A DNA stretch of 64,000 nt, from the NCBI RefSeq assembly GCF_006345805.1, contig NC_043020.1, positions 30,008,001 through 30,072,000 on the forward strand, written 5' to 3'. Numbering within the stretch: the stretch's first letter is position 1; the number at the start of each line of letters is the position of its first letter. The notes under the pieces were generated by a model. It was not told where the DNA came from and searched no databases. It saw only the letters and a program-made list of their open reading frames with translations. Both the position numbers and the translations under genes were made by a program. Below are positions 26,901-39,857 of this stretch, piece after piece. This stretch comes from Octopus sinensis. Lineage: Eukaryota.

Positions 26901-27781
26901 CTATCCCCGTATCCGACTATAAGGTCTCCCTCTATCCCAATACCCGACTATGAAGTCTCCCTCTATCCCCGTATCCGACTATAAGGTCTCCTTATATCCC
27001 AATACCCGACTATGAAGTCTCCCTCTATTCCAATACCCGACTATGAAGTCTCCCTCTATCCCCGTATCCGACTATAAGGTCTCCCTCTATCCCAATACCC
27101 GACTATGAAGTCTCCCTCTATCCCCGTATCCGACTATAAGGTCTCCTTATATCCCAATACCCGACTATGAAGTCTCCTCTATTCCAATACCCGACTATGA
27201 AGTCTCCCTCTATCCCCGTATCCGACTATAAGGTCTCCCTCTATCCCAATACCCGACTATGAAGTCTCCCTCTATCCCCGTATCCGACTATAAGGTCTCC
27301 TTATATCCCAATACCCGACTATGAAGTCTCCCTCTATTCCAATACCGACTATGAAGTCTCCCTCTATCCCCGTATCCGACTATAAGGTCTCCCTCTATCC
27401 CAATACCCGACTATGAAGTCTCCCTCTATCCCCGTATCCGACTATAAGGTCTCCTTATATCCCAATACCCGACTATGAAGTCTCCCTCTATTCCAATACC
27501 CGACTATGAAGTCTCCCTCTATCCCCGTATCCGACTATAAGGTCTCCCTCTATCCCAATACCCGACTATGAAGTCTCCCTCTATCCCCGTATCCGACTAT
27601 AAGGTCTCCTTATATCCCAATACCCGACTATGAAGTCTCCCTCTATCCCAATATCCGACTATGAAGTCTCCCTCTATCCCCGTATCCGACTATAAGGTCT
27701 CCTTATATCCCAATACCCGACTATGAAGTCTCCCTCTATCCCCGTATCCGACTATAAGGTCTCCTTATATCCCAATATCCG
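20924..27781. repeat. Satellite array of ~220 31-bp monomers with 62-, 93- and 155-bp higher-order repeats
   Basis: Monomers ccgactatgaagtctccctctatccccgtat and ccgactataaggtctccttatatcccaatac; periods measured from coordinates. Confidence 0.98.
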
Positions 27782-28149
27782 GCCATCAAATATCTCTCAG
27801 CTCTCAGGTGTTTTTTTTTTCATTCCATATTGCAACTTTTGGGAGAATATGATTGATGTCTTGTTTTTAGGAGGGAATGTTTTTGCGTAGCACTCCATCT
27901 GCAGCTGATTTTACCATACGGCATCAAGGTTGTGTTCTTTCTTTACAGTCCAGACCCCCCACTCCCACCCTCCACCCTCCGAAAGACTCGAGATCATCTG
28001 GGAGTAGGGGTTCGGGTAGGCACGGGATGGGGGGGGAGTAACTACAACATGGCTTGAACGGACGTTCATTCTGCGATCTTCACAGGAAAGCAGCAGCTGG
28101 TCTCTAGAGTTTTGGTGATTGCGATATTCGTGATAATTGGACGTTTCTA

Positions 28150-28522
28150 CCAGGTACTGCTGCTACTACTACTACTACTACTACTACTAGTTATTGTATT
28201 ATACCACTATTTCTCTTTGCTTCGTCCTCTTCCTAGCAGTAGTAGTAGTGGTGGTGGCAGTGGTAGTACTAGTAGTGGTAGTAGTAGTTAGTATTGTGAT
28301 TACATATGCATATGAGCATGTGTATGTATAGATATATGGTAGTAGCAGCAGCAGCAGAAGCAGCAATAGTAGTACTATTAAACTACTATTTCTTCATCTT
28401 CCACGTCTTCTTTTTCTACTACTATTACTACTACCACCACCACCACAACCACCACCACCACCACCACCACAACCACCACCACAACCACCACCACCACCAC
28501 CACCACCACCACCACCACCACC

Positions 28523-28556
<34 letters not shown>

Positions 28557-28700
28557 TTACTACTACTACTATCGCCGCTGCTGCTGCTGCCGCTTATAGT
28601 AGCAACCACCAAGGCGGCGGCGGCGGCGGCAAAGGGAGACAGGGGCTTGGCTGCGGTAGTGGTTGTGGTGGTGGTAGTTGTTGTATAGGTGGTGGTTGCA
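28150..28700. repeat. Cluster of trinucleotide microsatellites (CTA, AGT, CAC, GGC)
   Basis: Direct inspection. Confidence 0.95.
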
Positions 28701-29243
28701 ATTATGACAACGAAACCAGTAATGGCGACACGAGTAACAACAACAACAGCATCAACCAAAATAACAACCGCGAATAAATGTCAGCAGGACTTAGCTGTCT
28801 CCTTGTTACGTCGAACGAATCGGAAACCAGTGAGGAATTTGGGAAGAAACCGAGACAAGGCCTGGACAAGAAAACACAAGAAATATCGATTTTGTCCTGT
28901 TGTTTCTTCATTCGGTGAAGAACGACAATCTCGTTATCTCTGTCGGAATGTGTGAGGAGAATCAGTTTGGCTGAGAATCGTAATAAAGATAAGATGCAAA
29001 CGACTTTTATGGTGTGAGTAAATATAACCGTTCTTCTGTGTGTGTTGTTAAGCGGATTGATCGCGATCGCGAAGTTTTAGCTTCAATGCCGCACCACGGT
29101 TCCTTGGTTAGGTGCCGTCTGCGATGGTGTCTGGCCGACCTTGTGTGCATCGGTCGGCCAGGTTATGTATATCTCTTGAGCACCACCAGCAAAAAAAATT
29201 TTTTCCTCTGTCTTCCCTTCTCGGGATCTTTCCTTCTCCTTTA

Positions 29244-29276
29244 TTTCCGACGAAGAGCTCCGCTCGAAACGTTAAA
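29244..29276 (+). ncRNA. Minimal hammerhead-like motif, CCGACGA core
   Basis: TTT-CCGACGA-A-GAGC tcc GCTC-GAAAC-GTT-AAA; homologous to 33491-33525. Confidence 0.45.
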
Positions 29277-29745
29277 CCCTCCTTCCCTTCTTTCCTGAGT
29301 GTTAAATAATACTTTAATTGTTCCACATCCTCGCGTTGCTGTGTTTTTTTGTTTGGATTAACTTTATGTATACATAGACGTATTCATTCACGAAACGTCG
29401 TGAGTTGCAATGGTGGCTCAAAATTCTTTTGGAAATCTATTCAGCCATAATCTGATATTTAAAAAATTTTTTTTAATACTTTTATTTTTGAATGGGATAA
29501 TTGTGTTTTCTTTACCTTTTATGCAAACTGTCAAATTTAGCCTGAACACTCTGTATACATACACACATACATACATATATACATACATACATACATACAT
29601 ACATACACACACATATACATACATATATATATATACATACAGGCATACATACATAATCGACTGCACCTATTGAATGTGTTTTGCTTGTTCGCCAGTTTGC
29701 TGCGGCAAAGCGCTCTGGGATCGACTCCCTCATAGCAATGGATGT

Positions 29746-29843
<98 letters not shown>

Positions 29844-30687
29844 TACTCAAGTTAGCAGGATAATTTGCAGTATCGGAACGGAACCTATTTTCCCATATGT
29901 TCTATTATTAATTTATTACTGATTCGTTTAACACAGTTGTTTCGTTTTTAATTAAACACCTGTAATAAACGAAGGTAGACGATCTGCTGCCAGGACCCAC
30001 AAACCAACAGTTTGTGAACTGAACATCTCTTACGCTATTCATTCGACCATCTACGCTTTCAACATCCAACGTAAAAGACAAGATGATAATTGCGTCTGAT
30101 TTGCTCTGCCTTTGCTGCTAATATTTTCTGCGTTATCTACGGCTTGTCTCATGGATGCAGCTTTGTTTTCGTTCAGTAGAAAATCTAAATGATTACTGAA
30201 GCTGTACGGGAATGATTGCGTGTGCTGAGGGAATTTCTAGCAAGATATTATGATAAATGAAATAAAATAGATTTCTATTTTCTCCTTTCTAAATTGCATT
30301 GTTCAGCAGAAATTCCTTCCAGGATCTTTGCAGTGATCAATACAACCAGCGTAGTATCTCTCTTTTCATGGCGTTCACACTAATATTGTTGCAGCATATT
30401 GCTTCGTTTTACTTCGTTTGTATCGTCAGTGAAATTCGAACAATGCCAAAATGCAAATGCTCTGATATTTTTCTCAGTGTCTCTCGTTTCTCTGATAATC
30501 TTCAACAATTACTGTTTGGAAACAGAAGATTACGTAAGGCGAAGTGTAGTAACAGTTTGAATATTTGATAGAATTTACGTGAGAAAGTAGGACAATTGTG
30601 ATTTGCGTTACGCTTATTACGAATTGATCTGTGATAACACGGATCGGCAACCAGTCAAAGAACCTGCTTCTAATGATATTTTTCAGT

Positions 30688-30735
30688 TTTATTATTATTA
30701 TTATTATTATATTATTTATTATTATTATATTATTA

Positions 30736-30805
<70 letters not shown>

Positions 30806-30916
30806 TTATTATATTATTATTATTATTATTATTATAATTATTATTATTATTATTATCATTATTATATTATTTATTATTATTTTATTATTATTATTCTTAT
30901 TATATTATTATTATCA

Positions 30917-30969
<53 letters not shown>

Positions 30970-31035
30970 TATTTATTATTATTATGATTATTATTATTAT
31001 TATTATATATTATTTATTATTATTATTATTATCTA
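30688..31035. repeat. (ATT)n microsatellite
   Basis: Direct inspection. Confidence 0.97.
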
Positions 31036-31363
31036 CTGATTGTATATTATTAAATTTTACTCGAATTATTTTCCCAAACACGAAACAATATCACCGTAGA
31101 CGTTTAAAAACTGCTTGGAGGTGTTATTTGGATAGGTTAGGGAAAGACAACTTGTGGTCTCGGAACGGAACTTATTTTTCGCCATATGTACCATTATTCA
31201 TGTACTACTGATTCCTTTAACACGGTTTTGTCTTTTGAACCAAGCACACATAATAACCAAGGCTATGTGAACACGTGACTGTTAACGTTTAACATTTCCA
31301 AAGTTCTAAAAACCGGTGTTTATAATGCGTTCCTTTATGCCATGTAATACAGAAAAGGATAAT

Positions 31364-31438
<75 letters not shown>

Positions 31439-31800
31439 GACGTCACTTGTTTTTCTCCGTCTTTGCTGGCCGTCTTAATATGTCATTTGGTCTGTGGATG
31501 TTTTGGTCAAATATTTTTGTTTTCTGACTAAAATATTTTCCAGCGTTCTGGTTGGTCGACTTCCTGATGACGTCATTTGTTTGTCGAACGTAATGATCCC
31601 TTGTTTTTGACTAGTAGGGACCCACTACTCTGACTGGTTGATTTTCTGCCTGTGTAGTTTGTTGCTGTCAAAGGACTTGGTAATCCGCTTCGGTCTGTTG
31701 GTCGTCCAGCGTTCCGGTTGATTGATTCCATTCAGATGCCACTGGTTCAGTCCGCTCAAAACAAATTCCCCTATACTCAGTCTTGCGTGAGAATATATAT

Positions 31801-31851
<51 letters not shown>

Positions 31852-32240
31852 TTCCTGTATTTATCTTTGCTGCTCTTTCTCCTTCTCCCTCTTCTTTCTC
31901 TATTCCCACCTCTCTTTCTCCTTCATCTTCTCCTCCTCCTCTCCTCTTCTTCTTCTTTTCCCTCAGCGGCTCCTGTTTAAACCATCAATTCTCTGTACCC
32001 AAACTATTCCTTCAGATTTACTACTACCCACCTACGAGGCATTCATAAAGGAATACAGAGAGAGACAGACAGACTATTTGAAGACTATGGAAATATCTAC
32101 AAAACATTTCACTTAATTTTTTCTCCAATTGAATGGTTTTTCTTATTTTACTCTTAGTTGAAAAGTCTAAAAAGCTGGAAACCGGTACTAAAATGAACTT
32201 ATGATAAAATTATTTTAGCATTTTCAACCTTGTCTTATTT

Positions 32241-32244
<4 letters not shown>

Positions 32245-32301
<57 letters not shown>

Positions 32302-32305
32302 ATAA

Positions 32306-32347
<42 letters not shown>

Positions 32348-32467
32348 TATAATATATATATATATAATATATATATATATTATATACATATATATACATA
32401 TATATACATATATATATAATATATATATATGTATATATATATATTATATATATAATATATATATATA
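32245..32467. repeat. (TA)n microsatellite
   Basis: Direct inspection. Confidence 0.97.
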
Positions 32468-32744
32468 AGCAAATAAAAATAAAACCAAGGGGAAAACAGC
32501 AAAAGTCAATAGACTAACACAATGAATTTCTTAAATTAACGCTCTGTGAAAATTTTGAATGGAATAATACGAGCGGAAATGACGTTTCGAACATGGCTTT
32601 TCGTCGGAAAGAGAAAAAGGTCCAAAGAGGAAGAAAAGGAGGTAAGAGCAGAAAGTCCCAGAAAAGCACGTGTGTCGTTATATGCCACAAATATATGGGC
32701 TTGAAAATACACACACACACACACACACACACACATAATCTTTT

Positions 32745-32910
32745 CTACTCTAGGCACAAGGTCCGAAATGTTGGGGAAGGGATCAGTCAATTAAATTGAC
32801 CCCAGTACGTAACTGGTGCTTAATTTCTCAACTTCGAAAGGATGAAAGGCAAAGTCGACCTCGGCTAAGCATTTCGCCCGGCGTGCAAACGTTTCTGCCA
32901 GCTCGCCGCC
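32745..32910 (-). mobile_element. SINE family A with internal deletion
   Basis: aaggatgaaaggcaaagtcgacctcgg joined directly to ctaagcatttcgcccggcgtgc. Confidence 0.8.
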
Positions 32911-32928
32911 TTTCACACCGACAGACAG

Positions 32929-33007
<79 letters not shown>

Positions 33008-33354
33008 TTGATGTTGCAACTGGTTGTTCGTTGTAGGTTGGAGTTATATGATCTTTATTGATTTGGTCGGCAGCAACTTGGAATTATTAAAAGTTTATTG
33101 ATTTGTTTAATTTTTGTGTTAAATTAAAATATAATACAACGAAATCAATAAAAAAGGGCAATTTTATAATCGATATTACCAATCAGCGGGCGAAATATTG
33201 ATTACAACGGATCAATATTTACCTTGAAGTCTTAAATTATTGGTTATAAAAAGATTTTTATGAAAGTAAAAAACAACAACTAAAGGGCCACCTAACGTGT
33301 ACGGAGAAAAACACTGGATAAGGTTTACAATTTTTAGAGAAAATATTAATTTCT

Positions 33355-33396
<42 letters not shown>

Positions 33397-33490
33397 CTCC
33401 AAACATGAACAAAGAGAAAACACAACAACGCGAGGAAATGGAACAAATATAGTATTATTGGACGCTCAGGAAAGGAAAGCAAGAAGGAGG

Positions 33491-33525
33491 GTCTAACGTT
33501 TCGAGCGGAGCTCTTCGTCAGAAAC
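33491..33525 (-). ncRNA. Minimal hammerhead-like motif, CTGACGA core
   Basis: Minus strand GTTT-CTGACGA-A-GAGC tcc GCTC-GAAAC-GTT-AGAC; ACGT palindromic stem III. Confidence 0.55.
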
Positions 33526-35465
33526 ATAGAAAAAGGAAAGGTCCAAGGAAGGGAAAACAGAGACAGAGAGAAAAATCGCCAACGATATTATATATTATAT
33601 ATATATAATATATATATATATATATTATATATTATATATATATATATATAGAACAAAAACGCAATAGAGGGCGTTAAAACGTTCGGACAGATAGACGACA
33701 CAAAGACGGACAAGAGAAACAACAGTTAGAAGGACAGGCAAAAAAAGACGGGTCATTCTTGGCTTTCTTTCATCAGTGAAGTACCAGAAGCTTCGACCAT
33801 TTCGGGCAGTTACACTTGAGATGGTTCGATCAAGTTGCCCCCAAAAAAGTCTAAGCTAAGAGCATTTGACCCCTTTGTAAGGAAGCTATCGAATGTGTAT
33901 GGCTATAAAGGCAAAAAAAAACAAACAAATAAACAAAAAGAATAGGGAATATGGTACACAATTACGAATGCAAACAACAAGAAATAACAACAGGCGTCTT
34001 TCGACCGAGAACGAATCGAATTGAGTTGGTGTGTATGAAGTGAAAGCCTAGAGGAAGGAAGATGGGAGATGGACACAAGAGGTGTTGACGGTATATATAT
34101 ACATACATACATACATACATACATACATAAATACATACATACATACATACATACATACATACATACATACATACATACATACATACATACATACATACAT
34201 ACACACATACATACATATATATATATATCATCTCTGTAAACAACCCGTAGCCTTCTGTAAATATTGGACCCCTCCAAGTCTCCAACGCCAAGAACACAAT
34301 AACGGCACGACGGCACCATGGTATGGCGACTCGATGGCACGATGGCACGATGGCACGATAGCACGTTGCTGCTGCTTTCAATCCCTTATTCGCCTGCAAT
34401 GTAGAACAAGAAGATTACAATATATAGGAAGAGACACTGCTTGAACATATGCGATCTGAACGACCTCTGTTGCCTTTGGATTACTTCTGGAACAATCCTT
34501 TGAATCTTTGGATTGATTTCTCGGAGCTAAAGAATTTCAGCGAACAGTATCGATCTGTATGAAGTAAGTCTTTATGTGGTTTGTCGTTATGCTAGAAGCA
34601 GCAGCCGAATAGGTCTGAAATCACATTCAATCGTCGTTAAATAAAAGAAACGACATGTTGGTTGATGAATTTCTGAAAAAGAGAAAAAAATGGAATTTAA
34701 AAAGAATGTAAAATCACATCAGCGAATGAAGTCGTACGAGATGAGAGGGATAGTCACAGTTTTAACAAGCTGACGTCATAGGACCAGTGGATTAAGCAAT
34801 AATAACCACAAAATCAATACCTGTTCACTTTTACCTGCCATCCTCCGATAAAGCAAGATTTAGTGATTGAAGACAGATGAGGGAAGAATACGAGAAAATG
34901 AAAGAAATAAAGACAGAAAGAAAGAAATTTCAAATAATTAAGTTTTTTAGCTGAAGTTTCTAGAAAACTCTTTTAAATTCTACGATATTTCCATGACAAC
35001 CGACCAACCGATCTGACAACTTGACAATCGGGTAGACAGCTCAGCGTATGTAAAATTATAAATCATGTATTTCAGATTTTATAGAACAAATTTTAAAACT
35101 TTTCGATAAAATTTCAGTCGCATTACAAGGCAACGTTTCACTACCTTTTATGGTGAAGAACAAACAATTTTTCTCTCGCTCGTATTTTTAGATTCTTAAA
35201 TTATGCGTTTTAGTTTTTGTTTTTGTTTGTTATGTTTTTATCACAACAAAACTATTTTGAAAAAAAATTTGTCCAACATATATTATAAATCAAATCCAGG
35301 AAATTTGAACAATAAATTTTTCCTTGGGGAGTAAATAAAGTTTGTAATCAGATGTAAGATATATATATATTATATATATATATATATAAATTACAATATT
35401 ACTCATCTTATAACTTTCTCATACCTCTGTTTACATTTTATCCAATATGAATAATATAATGCATC

Positions 35466-35511
<46 letters not shown>

Positions 35512-35664
35512 TGATTCTTGTGTATGCATATACAAGTAAATATGTATGTACATTTAAGTGTAGGTATGTGTATTTATGTATATTTATGTATGTGTATGTA
35601 TATGTATAAGTATGTATATGTGTGTGTATTTATATTTATAACTTAACCTTATGTACTGTCTAAA

Positions 35665-35788
35665 ATCTCTGACGAAGCCCAGAGAACCACCCAAGTACCT
35701 CAATTTCATCTACTAATTACTTCAGTCTACAGGAGGGATAAATGTAGAATGAGGTACTTTTGCCTCTTGGCTGAAACAGCTGTAAGGT
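35665..35788 (+). ncRNA. Type I hammerhead motif with an extended, structured stem II
   Basis: CTGACGA 35669-35675; agcccagag/ctcttggct plus an inner aagtacctca/tgaggtactt helix; GAAAC-agct-GTA with ACAGCTGT palindrome; 4-bp stem I. Confidence 0.65.
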
Positions 35789-35988
35789 ATCTTCCGAATT
35801 TCTATTCCTGCATGTTATATATTTTAATAATTACTGGTATCTTTATATTATATTATATATGTAAAGCATAATATGTTATACATGTATGTATATTGTTGTA
35901 ATTGTTCTTTTAGTAAATAAATAAATAAATTGACATAATATGTCTACAAGTTGATGAATACCACCTATTGATCCCCCCATTTTCTTAT

Positions 35989-36095
<107 letters not shown>

Positions 36096-36164
36096 ATATA
36101 TATATATATAACATCTGAAATATAATATATATATATGTATGTTTATGTATATATTACACATTTT

Positions 36165-36375
36165 ATCTTTTACTTGTTTCGGTCATATGACGGCGGCCAT
36201 GCTGGGGCACCGCCCTGAAGCGATTTTAGTCGAATGAATCGACCCCACTACGTATTTGCTTTTAAGTCTGGTACGTATTCTATAGGTTTCTTTTGCCGAA
36301 TAACCAAGTTACGGGGACGTAAACACAGCAACATCGGTATCAAGAATTGGAGGAGGACAAACAGATACAAAGACC
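36165..36375 (-). mobile_element. SINE family B, 3' half
   Basis: ttacttgtttcggtcatatgacggcggccatgctggggcaccgcc...ttttgccgaataaccaagttacggggacgtaaac. Confidence 0.85.
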
Positions 36376-37209
36376 CCCCCCCCTATATATATATATATAT
36401 ACACAACGGGGTGTAGATAAGACACGTGCCACTGGTGTCGCAATATTGCTAAGTGCCATCTTTATGGCTTAAATTTGTATTTTTCGTTAAATATGATTTT
36501 TAGGAAATCTTTCTCTGCCAAATCTCTTCATGTCAGATCGAAACCCAGCATTGAAGAAACAACAGCAGAAAACTAGACCAAACACTGATCGCGTGAAAAG
36601 CTAAAACCGAGACAAAAATAACGTTTGTTTTATTCAGTATTTTATTGAAAAAGACATAAAGAGGACAAATGGTATTTATAAAATTTAGATTAAAAGCTAT
36701 ATTATGGGAAGTAGGTACATTGCAATATAATTCTTCCTGTCTTTGTGTATTTTATATCTTTTCATTTGAATTAAAATGGCGATTTTCGCTGAGCAATTTA
36801 ATATGGAGGTGAGTGAAACCCATTCCGCTCATAATAGCTAATTGAATGTGTGTAAACACACGCACGCGTACACACTCACACACACACATGCACGCACGCA
36901 CACATACACACACATGCACGTACACATACATGTACACACACATGCACGCACACATACGCAGACGCACGCACGCACGCACACACAAACATACACATACACA
37001 CACGACTGTGACTTCATCAGTGATCACGTGCCCCTCAAGCCCCTCCTTCTCCTCACCCCTTATTGCCTGTTTACTGTTCGTCTCATAGATCTTGTGGTAG
37101 GATTCTTCTTACAGGTTTTTGTATTTCTATTTAATAAAATCCGATATAAATGTTAGTTGGTCGGTTGGTTGGTTGAATTTCTCCAGTCACGCTTCACACA
37201 GTATAAAGA

Positions 37210-37330
37210 GGGGAAGAAAGAGTAAAAAGAAAACGATACTCAGCGGGAAGGTCAGCATAAGAAGTGCTGGATGAGTGCCATATAACTTTCTGCAAAGTAC
37301 ACTGTTTTTTAATGAAGTTTTGCAGAGATA
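37210..37330 (+). repeat. ~120-bp dispersed direct repeat, copy 1 (copy 2 at 39347-39470)
   Basis: aaaacgatactcagcgggaagg...aatgaagttttgca is shared between the copies. Confidence 0.85.
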
Positions 37331-38874
37331 GGTTTTCGATAGAGTTATCTTACGATTAGGTTTGTAAATTTAGAAAAATAATAGTATATATGTGTATTAC
37401 AAATGAGAAATTTTTCTTTCATTTTATTTTAAGAGAATAAATATTTTTTCCTCATGAAAATTAGTTTTCATTTCATCGTTTTGTATAAACATCCAAGAAC
37501 TCGATAAAGTTAAATTATAATTATTGTATGTCTGCTGAATTTCTTGATATTACCCACGGTGGGAAAAGTATGCTTCCAAAGTTGCTCGTCATATGATTGG
37601 TTACTTTGGTAGACTAGTATATTACGCAAAGACCTGTTCAGGCCGAAACAATGTGAAACGATGTCCAAAATTGAAGACAAGAAATATCAAAGAAATACAA
37701 AGTAAAAGCCTCAATGTTGTTCTGTCTTCGTTTTCGAGGTTCCCTTTTCGATTTCAATATAAGAAAGTGCAATGCGGAGGGTATGAGAAACTTGGTTATC
37801 ATTGCTATTATTTTGTGGTGTTGTACTTTGGAATTATTTTATTCCACATATTGGGTGAGTGGGGAGGGGGATGAGAGAGAGTTTGGTTGAAATTGTTCTT
37901 TTGTTGAACTTTGGTATTTGGATTTAAATTTCAATTTAACTTTCTTTTCAACGTGAATGTATTCTAGAAAACAAAACAAAAAATGCAGTGTCCGTTTCGA
38001 GAAAGCATCACGTATAGATCTACAAACCTAAAAGGTACCATACAAGATGCTTCCTCGAGACGAAAAGCGCAGTTATCTGACTTTCTACGTTGAGCAAGAT
38101 ATACAGAATGCTAGTTTGAACTAATACAGATTCTGTCGCTTATAACATTTCTATTTATTTTACATTTCATGGTGTTTGTGTACTTGTGTGCTCGTGCGCG
38201 CGTGTATGTGTGTATTTGTGTGCGTTGGACTTTGGACATTGGTCAAGTTTGTTTATGTGTTTTGTCAAGCGTCTAGGTGTTTAGAATAATTTAATTAGCG
38301 GTCCTTTTCTGTTTGGCTGCATCTGTGAATATTTTAAAGTTTAGTGAACATTTTAAAATTTGGTGTAGTCATGTAATTTTCAACGCTGAAACAAAGGAGA
38401 TTATTCACTTTTTCCACAAAAAAAAATTTCAAGTTACAGAGAGTTAAGTTTGATCATTTTTATCGTCAGAAAACAGGATTTGGAAGGTGTCGTTTTGTGT
38501 GTGACTGCACGAGTTGTCAACATTGCGAAAATAGCTCGTGTTTTAATATGAAACTGTAAGCAAATTAAATACTGGCCGAATTCAGCTTTTCGTACAGCAA
38601 CTAACCCCTCATAACTTTATTTATTTTTGGGAATTTTCAGAAAATCCTCGAATCTAATTTTTTCTCAGGCTTTAGAATAGTCCGCAAATGATTGTAACTT
38701 CATCCACTTGCGTGTCAAACGGAGAGCTGGGTTTCTTGGAATAAACAAATAAAACATCTTCCAAAGAAACAGAAGAAAACTAAACGTTTGATTATTCAAA
38801 GAGAAGAAATGGCAGTGAAACCTCTTCCCGGTTCAAAACGGTTTCCTGATGTATTGCCGAGTTCTTATTATCTT

Positions 38875-39105
38875 TTATCGTTAATCTTTTACTGGTTTCA
38901 GTCATTGGATTGCGGTCATACTGGGGCATTGCCTTGAATAATTTTTAGTCGAATAAATAGATCTCTGTTCTTAGTTTTTAAGACTCGTACATATCTTATC
39001 GGTTTTAGCCGAATCGCTTGGTTACGGGGACGTAAACAAATCATCACTGGTTGTCAAACAATGGGATAGGACGAGCACAGACACACGCAGGCACCAACAC
39101 ACACA
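38875..39105 (-). mobile_element. SINE family B, 3' half
   Basis: ttttactggtttcagtcattggattgcggtcatactggggcattgcc...gccgaatcgcttggttacggggacgtaaac. Confidence 0.8.
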
Positions 39106-39196
39106 CACACACACACACATACACACACACTTCATATGCATATATAAATATATATATATATACGACGATCTTCCATCTATCTATCCATTTATATAT

Positions 39197-39240
<44 letters not shown>

Positions 39241-39248
<8 letters not shown>

Positions 39249-39345
39249 ACCGACCAGACCATCAGATGTTGTTACACATTGCTGGTCATAATGCGTTCGC
39301 ATTGTTTTAGCCTTCGAATGACGCCACCCCGCTGGCTAAGCGAGC
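39241..39345 (-). mobile_element. SINE family C, 3' fragment
   Basis: Homologous to 15311-15420. Confidence 0.7.
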
Positions 39346-39519
39346 AGGGGAAGCAGGAGTAAAAAACAAAACGATACTCAGCGGGAAGGTTAGCATAAGA
39401 AGTGCTGGATGAATGCCATATAACTGTCTGAAAAGTACAGTTTTTTAATGAAGTTTTGCATATATATAGGAAACAAGATTGAAAAAATAGTACTCGAATA
39501 CCTGAGGTAGAATAATACG

Positions 39520-39808
39520 CTTTATTGAAAAACAGCTAAAATATCACAAAATCTGTTACTCAGAGTTTTACGTTCCCGTTTGTCGGACAGTTTGGTTTAA
39601 AATGGAACAGAAATAAGGTTATAAGCAAACATATACAATTAGTTTAATGGATACACGAAACCATTTTCAAATGTGTATCATTTAAACTAATTGTATATGT
39701 ATGCGGATAACCTTATTTCTGTTCCATTTTAAACAAAACTGTCCGACAAATGGAAACGTGAAACTGTGAGTGACAGTTTTTGTGATATTTTTGCAGTTTT
39801 TCAATAAA
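39520..39808. repeat. Near-perfect hairpin, ~135-bp arms and short loop, carrying a degenerate hammerhead motif (39735-39780)
   Basis: Arms 39520-39657 and 39671-39808 are reverse complements. Confidence 0.88.
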
Positions 39809-39856
<48 letters not shown>

Positions 39857-39857
39857 G

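Noticed and set aside
20924-27781. CRISPR array or repetitive protein gene
   Set aside because: There are no unique spacers, the units are directly tandem, and no cas genes are present. The 31-bp period with cga-cta-tga/taa puts regular stops in any plus-strand reading frame; only short ORFs arise at indels
32581-32607. Further hammerhead (CCGACGA...GAAAC-GUC, minus strand)
   Set aside because: Stems I and II do not pair convincingly; kept only as supporting evidence for the CCGA variant
33745-33795. CTGATGA...GAAT-GACCCGTC motif (minus), related to 45985-46015
   Set aside because: GAAA is absent and there is no stem II, so it is not callable as a ribozyme
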